Part shown: one piece after another, positions 10,001 to 22,552 of the stretch
Numbering within the stretch: position 1 is the stretch's first letter
How the letters are laid out: each line of letters begins with the position of its first letter
NCBI GenBank assembly: GCA_029717555.1
Contig: JAMDHS010000095.1
Location: 1-64,000, forward strand
Reading direction: 5' to 3'
Source of the DNA: Peribolospora baueri
Taxonomy: Eukaryota
DNA length: 64,000 bases
Translations under genes and position numbers: made by a program
The notes under the pieces: model-generated
What the model saw: the letters and a program-made list of their open reading frames with translations, nothing else
What the model was told of the DNA's origin: nothing
Databases searched by the model: none

Positions 10001-13000
10001 AGGGAAGGGAAAGAGAGTGAAGTGAACGTGTTGGACGGATCACGGGCAAGGCCAACTACGAAGGAAAAGGCAAGTGTTCGTTCGCATGGGAGAAAAGGCA
10101 CATCGACTCGGTATCCCGTCACAAGCGCCCGCCCTTCGCTCACGCCGGCCGGCCCGCCGCCGCCGCCGCCACGCACGTTGTCCGCTCTCCACCCTCTTCC
10201 TTCCGTTTTCCTCTCATAGCCCAGCGAGCGACGGCGACGGCCCCCTCACGACGCCGCCGTCCTCAAAGTCAAAGCCGCCGCCGCGCGCTAGAGACGTGGA
10301 CGTGCGTGTGGGAGGCGGCCACCCGACTCACCGGCCCTAGCTAGCTCTCTCTCTAGCTTGCCGACGTGGACAAACGTGTGCCGGCTCTATCTCTCTTGAC
10401 TATAATTAATTAGTTACGCGCACCTCGCATCGCATCGCAACCCTCGCAAGTCGCTTTGCGGTATGAATTCTCAGCCTGCCACGCTCTTCTCTTTTCGTCT
10501 TGTCGTCGTCGTGCGAACAAAGGAAAATAAAAATAAAAATAAAAACGAACGCCCCTGTCTCCACAAGAAGACGACCAAGACATGCCCAGCCGACGATCGA
10601 GTCCAGCGTTGGATCGCGGAATAGAACGCAAGAAGAAGAAGAAGGGAAAAAAAAGTCTCGCGTGGGGAGACTTTACGCCTCGCCTCGTCTCGCGCTCCGT
10701 CGCTTATCGCTGCCGGCTGGCTGCCGGGCGCCGTGCATGGTACATGGTACATGACTAGATAGCTTCACGTAGCGAGAAGGATGAGTGACAACGTCGTTCG
10801 TCCGATCGGCAGCCACCACCTCCGTCCGGAACGGCCACCCAGGAGGTGGTAGGGTGCATGCGCCCGCCTCATGACCCCAGCCCGAGCAGGCAGGCAGGCA
10901 GGCAGGCAGACAATTGGCCCCCATTGGACGGCAACGAGCGCAATTGCGAGAGAAGAGAGAGAAAGAGAGAGAGCGTGGAGGAGCCGCTGGAAGGAACGGC
11001 GGCATTCCACCCGCTCCGCCCCCAAGTCGACGGCCTGCCTGGTTGGTTGGTTAACCTTGAGGAAGATGAATGACGGAGCAAGGAGAGAAAGAAAGAAAGA
11101 AAGGTGGAGGCGGTGCTACGCTTCCTCCGATGCGCGCAACGGCGTACCGTGCCGCCCTTCCCTACCCGCCGCCGACCGAACCCGCTCCTCCGCCTCCTTT
11201 CATCATCTCACCGCGCCCGCCGCCCGCCGTCCATTGTACGCACATGCACTTCACCCACACCCGCTCGCCGAACCAAGCAAGGAAGGAAGGAAGTACCTCT
11301 TTTTTCGACTTGGGTTCCGAGCATGCTTGTAGCTAGCGCCAGAAGAAGCCCCACACCACGCTCGGTTGGTCAGTCGGTCGGGTCGGTCGGTCGGTCGGTC
11401 GGACGTCATTCATTGTCTCGCCCGTGCGCATGAATGAATTCCTCGCTTTGATGGCCCAAGGCAGCAACAACAGCAGCGGCGGCACTTACGAACTTTGCCG
11501 TAGACGACCGACGGACGGAAGGACGGCGGGAGGAACAGACTTAGCTTTGACCTCGTCTCGTCTCGTCTCGTCTCGTCTCATCTCGTTTCGTTTCGTTTCG
11601 TTTCGTCCTCCTGTCTGCTGCCGCCAACCCGCTAGCCCGCCTGTCGCCGCTCGTCCGGCCCGCCATCTGTCCAGCACACGATCAGTGCGATGGGCGCTCG
11701 CTCTCGCTCGCTCGCTCCGACACGATGGCGACGGCGCCGGCGTTATAAAGGTACCGTACATTACAATAGTTTCACCGACGAAAGCCACCAGACCGGTCTT
11801 CATGGCCAGGGGACGGAGGGAAGGAAGGATGGAGGGAGGAAGGGACGAACGAGCGGCTCCTACTCCTACTCCTACTGCTTACGATCCTCCCCCTCCTCCC
11901 CCTGCCTGCCTCTCGTGGGCAATTAATTGTCTCGGGCAACCGGTGACCGACGAACGGCCTTGTTCGAGAGACCACCACGGCAGACGGAGCCAGAGCCAGA
12001 GCCAGAGCCAGAGTCAGAGCCAAGAGTCAGGTCAGGGGGTTGAGGCAGACGCGGAGGCGTTGCCATAGGGGGGCCACCATCTCATCTCAGTCAGACACGG
12101 CCTTTCGCCGGATCTACCCCAAGCCGAGGCCGAGTCCCCCTTTGCTGGGCGGGCGGGCCGACGGACGGACAGACGGACAGACAGATGGCCGGGCCGGGCC
12201 TCGCCTCGCCCAGCGGATCGGAGCGGGCGCCTCCATTTGTCGCGTCGCTGGTTTAGGGTCGGACGAAAAAAGCCAACCAACGAAGGTGCCGCCCTTGCCC
12301 CCTTTTTCCTCGTCCTTCCTTCCTCTACGCATCGCATCGCATCGCACTCGCGTTCGCAAATTTTCACTTCGGTCCATCCGTATGGATGGGCCATCAAAGT
12401 TACTCCAGCAGCCCACTCGGCTAGCTTTGACGCTCGCGTACCATACGTACGTAGCGAGAGCCGTTTTCTGTCGAAGAAGGTCAAAAAAAAAGGAAAGCGC
12501 CTTGTCCTAAGCGTCTCCAGATAGATGCCTTCCGGGTCGCACCCAGGCTCCGTTCCCACCGCTTCCGAATGGCCGCGGCCACAGCCTGGCTTGGCTTCGA
12601 TCAAGGAGGGGCGGGGCAACAACCACAGCGGCGCGTGGAGCGTCCGTTCGAGCTGTCCTGAATACGGTGATTACAAGCGTGGGCGTCTGTCTCTCCACAC
12701 GCCATCGTAGCGACGCACAGGCAGGTGGAGCTCCTCATCCTTCGTGACATGGAGGGCGACGCCGTGGATGTCGAGGGAGCCACCGTTGTCTTTTTTTTTC
12801 ATGCGTACCCAAAAAACGAGAGAGGCCGGGCGCACGCACAACCGCCGGCCGAGCCCCATGACGGGCCGGCACTGGCCGGCTTATCTGCTTGATTTGGCTT
12901 AGAGTGACACCATCTAGCTACTTACATACATTACTGTGACTTGGCGCCGCGACCCGTTCCGTCTTGATCGGGACAAGGAGTTACAGTACATAGCTTGGAC

Positions 13001-13110
13001 CCGCGCGTCCTTCCAAGGCCACGCAGGGGACGACGAGACTAAGCACCGTTAGTCGGACCGCCGTTCTGGCGCAAAAGCATCCATCCATCCATCCATCCAC
13101 TCAGCTAGCT
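7100..13110. repeat. Microsatellite/low-complexity-rich intergenic region
   Basis: Contains (GT)n at ~7160 and ~7672, (GCGAG)n at 7071 and 7596, (GGAA)n, (ACACCAGATA)-like units at ~8806-8830, (CGTGG)n at ~9926-9970, (TCTCG)n/(TTTCG)n at ~11553-11606, (AGAGCC)n at ~11990-12020 and (CATC)n at ~13078-13098. No recognisable protein domains. Confidence 0.8.
7617..7670 (-). other. Candidate upstream ORF (MSISDSLLAPLALAAAF*) in the cyclin 5' leader
   Basis: The start context is CACACC-ATG-T, and 15 consecutive codons end in C. This is the only minus-strand ATG between 7046 and 8038. Confidence 0.5.
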
Positions 13111-16100
13111 ACTGTAGCTACACGCCGCCCCGCCCAGGACCACCGTCGGACCGTCGGTACGTTTCCCTCGGCCACCGCGAGTTGCGCAGTCGCAGTCGGC
13201 TGCTGGACAGCCCGGGACGCCCGGAGCGCCGAGCGACTCGGCCGCTCCTTCCGTTCTCGCGCGTGCAGCTCTCTCTACAAGCGTACACAACACCACATGC
13301 CTCGCCACACTCTGGCCAGTGACGTTTTTCTTCGTTCGTCTTGCCCGCTTGAGTTTCGCCACGTTCGCCCCGTCGGCGCTGCGGACGGCGGCGACCCAAG
13401 AGGAGGTAAACGGCGGCAAGGGCGAGCGCGGAGGGCGGCAACTAACGCCAGGAACGGGCCGGGCTGCAGAGGTCGCCCGCTACACAGGGGGTCGTCACTA
13501 AGCCGGACATAGAAGGAGAAGGGAGGAAGGAAGGAAAGAGGTGCTCAGCTGGGCTGGCCTCAGTCTGTTCAGACGGCGCACCGTACGCACATCCTCCACC
13601 ACTCGCCTCACACGACGTGGGCGGACAACCCGTCTGGCAGCCAGCCAACCGCATGGTGCTTATCCGCATATGGCCGGAACTGGACCATCTGTCTGCCCCG
13701 GTGTCGGAGGGCGGAGCGTCGGTCGTCATGACGGACGGCTCCCACCGCCCAGCTCACTACTACCACTGTACTTAGCGGAGTCTCGGCTTCGAGGAACCCC
13801 CGTCGGTAGACACCGTTTCTTCCAGTTGTTTCGGCTGCCCGGTGGTAGATAGCTACGAGATGGATGGGCCGGCGCCCGAGTGTCGCGTGCGGACACGCCT
13901 TCCCACAGCTCGTTTTTGTTAGTTTCAGCCGCTACCCGTCCAACAGGGGCCGCGGGCGGCTATAAAAACCGCGTGCTAACGATGATCGATGGACGATGGC
14001 AAACCGGTTCGCGGGATGACCATAACGAATCTCCTCCGCGCCGTCGACGGAGCCGGCCAGCAAAGCCCTCCCGTCCGAACTCGACCGTGTCCGTGTCCGT
14101 GTCTTTTGGCTTGGCCCCCTCATCCGTCATGCGCTGCCTCGGCACGGGCCTCGGCGTCCCAGATCGATCGGGGTCAGACCCGGTTGGTCGTCGATTCGAC
14201 GCTTTTTTTTCCTCATCTTCCCGGCCCGCCCGCCCGCCCCCAGAGGGACAATACGAACGCGTTCTAAGCGCCGTGCTTAGCTGGCGGGATGAGCTGCGGG
14301 GAAGCATCGAGAGGAAGCATTTATCTGCGATTCCAAAAACAGGGGTTGGGGGTTCATCTTGAAGCCGATGGTGGTGCGTGCCGGCAGCACCAACCTCCGC
14401 GATAGGCGTCGGCTCGCCGGCGCGACGGGCATCCTTCTCCCATCCTTCATCGCCCTCTATCATCCCCGGCGATATCCGTACTGGACACACTGGCATCGAT
14501 ATACGATATACGACGGGAACGTTCTGAGCTCAAAACGGCTGCTTAGCCGCGCGGTACATCGTCAAGCTAAGTGACGCACCGTCGAGACACTTTCGAACGT
14601 TCCCAGTTGCTCGGCCGTCCGTCTGGCCTGGTTGGCGACGACGAGGACGGTGACGACCTGCCTCGCTAAAATAGTGGGACAAGCGCCTCATCTGCGATGC
14701 GTGCTGAGCCGACGCGAGCTCCTCGTATGCATCTTCGCACCGGCCACTGCAGCTACCATGTATGACCCCTTCGACAACAATTCAGACGGACTCGCCCTCT
14801 ATAGTCTGCGAGGACAACGGTAGGCATGGCTTTTTACTCGCGTGCTTGTGCGAGGTGCCCGTCTGTTCGGATCAATGCGTGCGGTGCACACGGGGCGCGT
14901 CACGATGGCAATCTGCATTTCGAGTACAGTCAAACTTGTCTATAGGCATACAAGTTGTATAGCCCGAGGACTATGCAGTATGGTGGAGGGGGACTTGTAC
15001 AGGGCGGGGTCTATGCAAAGTTGCCGCAGTCGTTGCCACAGTCGATAGCGTCCATCAAGACATGAATTCCAAGCTTTACTATAGAGTATGTACACGTCAT
15101 AACACAACCATGCTCAAGAAGAAGCGTGTGCAGAAAAGAATTGTCGAAGATCGGTTTGTTTACGCTGCTCGTTGACATGTTCTTTGAAAGAGATGGTGAA
15201 ACGCGGACAAGCACTCATGTGTAGTAATGTTAGAACTGGCGGTGGATGGACGAAAGTGCATGTTACTGGTTCGTGGTTGTTAATGAGAGCATACAAAGAC
15301 GAAAACCGCAGTAACGCAGTTGCCTACAAAGTCATGTCCGCTTTCAGCCGCGTAACCACGGTGCTCGTCGCCGCCAATCTCCAACACCACGAGGATGCAC
15401 GTGACCCTCAACCCCAACTATGCATGCTGAGGGTGCATACCTGGTAAGGACGGCACCGGTGTCAGTGCTTGCAATATGCGGGTATGTTTGGTATGCATAT
15501 AGACCAGTGTTTTGGCTGGGATTGGACAAGCGGGAAAGGGAGATCACTCATGACGCCACGCCAGGCCAAGTGGCGTCGAGAACCTTCTGCCTGGCTAGAG
15601 ACGAGGCGGGACCAGGCGGGACGGACGCGAACGGACCTGCTGAGTCGAGCGGCAGAGGCGTTTTTTGTCGTTCCGGTCGCGGCCCGCGACCTGCCAAAGG
15701 ATGGATGGCGAGAGCGAGACAAGCGCCTCGGAACTCGCTGTCCACAGCCGAAGCGGACCGGGCACGCAACCAACTTACATCGTTACCAACGACGGACGCA
15801 TCTCCTTCCTTCGACCGTGGACGTCGCTTGCGCTTCTGCCAGCCAGCGCTACGGATACGGTACATATCGCACCGTATGCACGAACAACAGTGGCGTCGGC
15901 CCGCCGAGTATCAAACACTCCCGTTTAGCATCGCCCCAGCCGTTCTAGAGCTTTCCCTAGCCGTCGTCACGGCGCCCTCGGCGACTCCATAGAGAGGCCC
16001 TCGTCCCGGCTTGTCTCATCTTTGAACGGCATTCGGAGAGCGGCCCGCCAGCCAGACGTAACGGCTAATGATCGCCTCTGCCGGGATTAGTCATGGTCGA

Positions 16101-16508
16101 CGGACGGGCAGCACAAACGGACGTGGACGTCGTTCAAACATCAGACAGGATGGCATGTCCGCACTTATGCCTCGCGACGAGCACGCCGCGGCCTCCTGTG
16201 CGTACTAAGCACGCCACTCTTCACACGCGCTCTGTGGACTGCATGAGACCGCCCGCCGGTCATCACAAGGGAGGGGGAAGGAGGGGTTGGCAGAGTGCGG
16301 AGACAGTGAACGCAGGCGATGCTTCGCCGTGCGTTCGAATCCAGCTCGACCGTCCGAGACGGGTCGCTCGATGCGGTTTTAGCACGTGTCGATCACGTGA
16401 ACAGCGATCGAAGACTAGGGCCGACGACATTCGGGTGCTCACACACGGTGGCCTCGACAGCTGGAGGAGAGCGTTGGATCTTCCTCCTTTTCCTTTTAGA
16501 TACCCACC

Positions 16509-17825
16509 ATGGCGGCCCGGAGAGTTAGTGAGTGCGTCCATCCTGGGCTCTAGAACGGCGGAGGAAGGGAAAGACGTCCGACGACGCTCGCATGCACGAG
16601 TGATTCTAACTGATTCCCCTCCATCAGCCTTTGTCACGGGCAACAAGAACAAGCTCAAAGAGGTCAAGGCGATCTTGCAGGCCAAGACTTCTGTGCCGCT
16701 CGAGGTAGACTCTGTGGATCTCGACTGTAAGTCAGCTTTTACTGATTGATCAGTCTCCCCTTAGAGGGATAAGAACGAGCGATAAGAGGTGGTTTGGGTT
16801 GATTTGAGCTCGAACGAGGACGTTTGACACTGACGGATCGGCGTCGACGATGGACGACTGGTCCCCATCAGTGCCCGAGGTCCAAGGCTCCACGCAAGAA
16901 GTGTCGACGGCGAAGTGCAAGGCCGCGGCTGAGAAGGTGCGCTGGGCGGCTTCTGTTCCCGTTCGCAAGTCAGGGTCTACTACCCCGATGCGGAAAGACC
17001 GACTTGCTCACCCTTATCTGCACATCGTCCTTTTTCTCTGTACCCGTATCTTTACCTCTCGTCGCTTTGCAGCTAGGTCACGCATGTATAGTTGAAGACA
17101 CTTCGCTATGCTTTAAGGCGCTCAACGGACTCCCCGGTCCTTACATCAAGTATTTCCTCAAGGAGCTCGGACACGATGGTGCGCGCTCGGCTACGTCTAA
17201 TCTTTTCTTCTTTTTGTCCATCCGAAATCACCTGCCCTCTCACCCGTTCCATCGTCCTTCGCTCGTTTGCCATGCGCTTTCCATCCACACCCCAGGTCTA
17301 AACACTCTCCTAACAGGCTTTCCGACGAAGGACGCTTATGCGCTCTGCACCTTTGCCTACTCTGCCGGACCATCTTCGGAGCCAATCCTTTTCGAGGGTC
17401 GCACCGATGGCAAAATCGTCCCGCCTAGGGGACCTGTCAACTTTGGGTGGGACCCCGTCTTCGAGGTCGACGGGACAGGCAAGACGTGAGCTGTCCCCTC
17501 TCTTCCCATTCGCGTGTCCGCCTAGCCGTCTTGAAATGTAGTGGCGCGCCTTGGGTCATCGTTCACGGCGTTGACGTCGAATTGCACCGCCACTGCGCGT
17601 TCCATCGTCTCCAGCTACGCGGAAATGGACGCCGAGCAGAAAAACGCGGTGAGCGACGCAGCCAAGCTTTAAGGAGTGCTTGGTGGTGCAGAAACCATTT
17701 TGCTGAACCGTTCTGCATTCACATCCGTTTCGTCTTCATCAATAACGTTCCAGCTTTCTCACCGCTACAAAGCACTTGATAAGCTGCGCGAATTTCTCTC
17801 TTCCCAGACGCCGCCCTCGTCATGA
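16509..17825 (+). CDS. HAM1: Inosine triphosphate pyrophosphatase (ITPase, Ham1 family), 7 exons
   Basis: Spliced product: [19 protein letters not shown]...LDLPEVQGS...[22 protein letters not shown]...[24 protein letters not shown]...TYAEM...[11 protein letters not shown]. It carries all Ham1 signatures (TGN, EDT, FGWDP, SHR). All six introns are GT-AG and keep phase. Confidence 0.96.
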
Positions 17826-19153
17826 TCCTCGTAAAAGGCGTCTCGTGGGCGCGATTGGAGAATAGAGCCAAGGGAAATGAGTAGAAATGTTCGATGGCGT
17901 TGGACATGGTCGGCCATGCTCTACACCTATTGTAGAGATATAAACGTCCTGATTCTACAGGCAGCACTGTTGCCCCGTCCCCCGAAAACTTTTCCCTGCC
18001 CGGAGAGCTTTGACTCCTTTTGTCTTCGTTCGTCTTTGCCGCTTGCTTCGACAAGGTCTGCATGTCCGGCTAACTTTCTTCGTTCGGATCTCAGCAGCGC
18101 TTCGGTCTCGCGCTTGCGGCCCACGAAACCGCGTCCTGTGCGTGGAGTATACCGGCGTGGTCTTGGTGGCATGACGGCGCTCCTTTTTTCGTTAAAGTTG
18201 GTTGACGTTGGCACGCCGTCCTGCGTGACTACGCGGCGATCTGCGACTTGAAGCACGAAGAGCAGGAAACTGCACGACGATGATGAGTGGGTCTCGTCGT
18301 GTGTGTAAGCGCCAAGGGTGGCCGGTGATGTTCGTAGAGCAACTGCCCAAACTGCACACTGGGAAGATAAATGTGGGAGCGCCGGTGGGTAACGTCATGC
18401 GCTATGACATGTACAACTTGCAGGAGACATTGTTCGACTGCGATGACGACCGTCCGACACGCACGTGTGTACGTGCGACTCCATGTTTGCGATGAGGTGC
18501 ACACATCGCGGACGATGCCGTGCACGCCATACGTTCCACATAGGAACCATGTTCATCGCTTGAAAATCGACGCCCGCGCCCGGAACCTGAGCTGGACCCC
18601 CCACGAGAAGGCCGCCAAGAGGCGGACGGCCGGCGTCGGCCATGGAATATGCCACCCTCTCGTACCAAGCCTTATGTGCTCCTACATCGCACCACACAGG
18701 ATTTGGCGAGCTTTTCCTACGCCACGTACAGCACTGTAGACGAGATACGAGAGCGCCCTGGCCTTTGTAACCTGTTTCGCGCTGCGTTCGTGTCGCGCCG
18801 GTTCTGGCGCCGGCCAAGCCAAGCGCTGGCAGCAATGTCGCTCGCCGTGGCGGTTTGCTACCCGAGCCGCTGGCGCTTTGGACGACGTATAGACTCGACT
18901 GTTGATGATGGGGAAGCCATACGTTCATCGGCTCAAGGCGGCATACGTGGAGAGTAGAACGGACAGATACATACGTACATCCAACGACGGGCGCTTACAT
19001 CTTACAAATACCATAAAGCTGCAGTGAGTGCCCACAACGACGCGGAAAGGGTTATATGTACGTAGGATAACAGACACGACAGCCATCGCTAGCTTTTCGA
19101 ATGAGCACGTCCAAGACGATGCGGGCCAATGCGACGGCGCCGCGTGCAGTCCC

Positions 19154-22100
19154 TCAGATCAGCTCGCCGTAGGAGAAGGAGTTGCGCCGCTTGGCCATGG
19201 CGTACCGCGCAATGGTTGTCTCTGTCCCGACATACACGTAGTCGCCTACGAGAAATTCGGAAAAGCAGCAAATCGCAGGCTCAGCAGAGGGTCAACGGCA
19301 AAATTCGGTGGATGCAGGAGGCGCTGTGCCGCGTTTGACGAACGAACCGCTTCAGAGCCAACACGGAAAGCTCACCCTCCGCCTCCCAGACCAGACCTGA
19401 TATGTTCGTGTCTCGATCATGGTCCCCAGAAGCTAGGTCTGATATCTGCTGCTTGTCAACCCCCACGCGGGTGTAAGAGGTTAGAGATCCAGCTCATCCA
19501 CGGAAAGGGCACCACACTTGATCTGCGACCGAATTCCTCGTCCGACCTCGTCTCCACCAAAACAGGAGAGCGAGGAGGCGTACGCGACGGCCGCCGCCAG
19601 CGGCGACTCACCAAGATGGGCAAATACATGCTGCTCTCCTCCCTCAACCGGCCCGCAAAGTCCGCAACCGCCTCTACCCTCTCGCCACGAAGCTCGGGAC
19701 GGGCCACCCAACTCCTCCAAGGCCCGATCGACGCCGTCGAGGCAGCGGCACCGGCGCCAGGTAACAGGCCCGCAGCATTTTCGGACTCTCCTGGCCCTGA
19801 CGACGAATCTTGGGCGACAGTCCGCCTCCGTCGGCCTTGGGGAGAAGGGGCACGAACGTCCATGGCGTCTCGTCGCCTCGTTATACGTCCGAAGAGCTCG
19901 GCTCCAGAACGTTCAATGGGAGAAGGAGGCGAGTGCGACTCTGGGGACGAACGGAGAGAGAGTGCCGTGCTCGGAGGGTGGTGGAGTGAATGTCGAGGTG
20001 GAATATCCCAACCGCTCCTTCCTCCTTCCCCTCCTTCTCCTCCCCACCCTGAAGGGGTGGTGGTCGTGGTCGAGGCGCCAGTGACAGGACTCAGCTCGGA
20101 AGGTCTAGCGGGGACCGTGTAGACCTGGTCGTCCGTGAAAGTTGTTGTGTCGACGACTGGGAAAACAACAAACGTGCGGGTGGTCGGCAGGGAAGAAATG
20201 GGGGTCGTGAGCAGATGGACGCTTCGCCAACAAGCCGGTCGATGCTTACCCTTGGTTTACAACAAGGATCAGGTAGGAAGGGTAACGTATCAAGGTGAGA
20301 CATGAGAAATGCTCAGCGAGGCGACACGCAAGGCGTGACCAACCACACGTATGTAGTCATCGGAACGAGACATACATGAAAATAGTTCTTGTGTTCCGTC
20401 CACGCCAACCACGCTCCGTCAGGACTGAATTTGCAGCACCTCGCCGAACCGAGCGGCTCGTTCTGCACTCCGCGCAGCTGAGCTAACTTCTTCGAGCTGC
20501 GAACGTCCCACACGCTCACTATCCCGTCTTGAGACGCTACTACAAACTTGCGGCCGCATGGGGAGAACGCCGTCGAAAAGGACGCATCGGTTGATGCTGG
20601 GCGTCGGTCGAACACGATAAAGGTTCAACCGAAGAGTCAAAATGACAGACTGAGCTGGCAATGTCTGGCACTTACCCGTGTAAGTGGCGATCCGTTTGAA
20701 ACCTCCGGATGAGCTGACAGAAAAGAGGAAGACCTGAAGGGGCATGAAGAGGCAAAAACATAATTGTATCGGTCCGACGGGTCCCTGTCGAAGGGAGTCA
20801 GACTGTCGCCAAAGGCGTACTTACCTCCGGCGTGTCTCCGACCGCGATCATGTATTTGCCATCTGGAGACATGCTCGCTACAAGGCCAACAGCGCCGTCG
20901 TTTAGAGCAATGTCCCCGAACCACTTGGTTGAGCTCCCTAAGGACTCGACACATTCGGCACTTACCGTGGTTGATGGGTGTGGAAAACGATAAGCTGCCT
21001 TGACTGGAGTGGTATTCAGAAGTCTCGAGTTAGAACGTGGCGAAGTAGGCAGGTCATGCTCCAACGTCGTGAGCGCTTTTCTTACCTGCTCAAACAAGTG
21101 TCGCCATTGCTGGACGAACTGGGCTTTGCGCGGTAAAGCTTCACGGTCTGGTCGTTATTGTTGATAAGGATCCGAGGGTTTGGAGGGTCCTCTTCTTCCA
21201 CACCCTCGTCAACTTTCTCAAAGCCTTTGACCACACCCTTTTCTGGACTTGACCCTTCACTCAACGTGGCATGATCGCAAGAGGTAGATGTCGGCAAATC
21301 GTTGTCTGCGCGGCCCGAAATCGCTGAATTGGACCGACTCCACCTTTTACGAGCCTTGGTCCATGCCAAACCGGGAATGAAACCAGCGCTCCCTGGTCCT
21401 TGTCCCGCTCCAAAAGCGGTAGGCAGATTTTTCGCGAATGGGGGAGGGTCTTGAAAGAGGCAAATGCTGTTGTTGATCTTGCCACCCACGTGTGTTTGAT
21501 AGAGCCATTGGCTTCTTGGGTCAAGCGGCCGGAGAGCTAGTTCGGAATGGCCACCACCGGCTGCTAAGTAGCCAGCGCCACTGTGGAGTAGAAAGAGATG
21601 TCCAAATGTCACATCAAGAGATAGTTAAAGGACGAGAGGGAGGGCAGGGAAGATGAGAATGCATACGTTGTAAGACAAACCGGGACAAAGGTGAGGTTGC
21701 AAAAATTTGAAGACGGCTGTTGGGAACAAGGTCAGCTTCTCAGAATTTGCACGACGTGGACGTCGATCACGGCAATCACATACGGGCTTACTCACTCGTT
21801 GGGTGTTGAAGTCCGCCTCGAGTATTGATGTGGTCGAGCAATCTATTTTGTGTTCCCAATAGTCGACAGGGAGAGAGATAGAGAGGGCAATGAGACGGGA
21901 TGGATTTGAGAGAGGCATCACTCCAAAGGTCCAGTGCTTGACATACATAGGACCTTGCCCTTGTCAGGGCCGAGTTGTATCAGATCTCGCAATTGCCTGA
22001 CGAGTTCAGACATGGCAGAAGGCACAATAAGCCAATCACCGAAATTTACCAATCCATGACGTGAGTTCTTCACAAACAAGAGCGCACCGGTGGTGAATCG

Positions 22101-22247
22101 TGACTTTGGCCGGCAAGACAACGGAGTCTGGGAGCAAGCAGGGGGCATCTCGCCTGTGTGGGGAGGTACGAGCCACCATAAGAGTCAGGGGTGACGGTGA
22201 GCCCCGGGAGACAAGTCCTTGGCCGAGTTAAAGCCTCACCGGGTCAT
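19154..22247 (-). CDS. WD40-repeat protein with DUF2415-type domain, multi-exon
   Basis: Segments include VTIHHRQLRDLI, YLAAGG..SELAL, VGGKINNSI, ILINNNDQTVKLY, SMSPDGKYMIAVGDT, DASFSTAFSPCGRKFVVASQDGIVSVWDVRS, ARCCKFSPDGAWLAWTEH, NISGLVWEAEG and GDYVYVGTE. Likely first exon is ATG ACC CG|GTGAGG at 22247, with an alternative ATG at 22179. Stop at 19154. Confidence 0.8.
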
Positions 22248-22552
22248 ACTAGGGAGGGCGAGCAAGCTATGGCAGTCGCGCGATGAGATAGCGGGTCGTT
22301 GGCCGTCGTCGATCGAGTCTGTGCGGTGGGGTGGGGAAGCAAGTGTAAGTAATCACTGCGTGATCGGCGCTTGCATGGCTACCACGTGGATTGCGCTGCG
22401 GCGATCCGTGGAAGACGCGCTTGTGCCGAGGACGTGTTTTGGACCCGATATCGACGCTCTTCCTGAACGACCATCGCCCCCGCCGTCGTCGACGGTGTAT
22501 CATCATTCCGCTCCCAGCCATTCTCGTCCGAGCGGTCGCTACGTCTGCCGTA

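Noticed and set aside
7690..14120. Several GCCAAG (PacC/Rim101-type) sites in the gene desert
   Set aside because: The count looks close to chance for GC-rich DNA of this length.
16278..16352. tRNA-like motifs (TTGGCAGAGTG... and GTTCGAATCC)
   Set aside because: The T-stem and acceptor stem do not pair and no cloverleaf can be drawn.
19440..19520. Apparent premature stop in the WD40 gene
   Set aside because: Explained by an intron with a CTCTAAC branch point and AAGCAGCAG acceptors.
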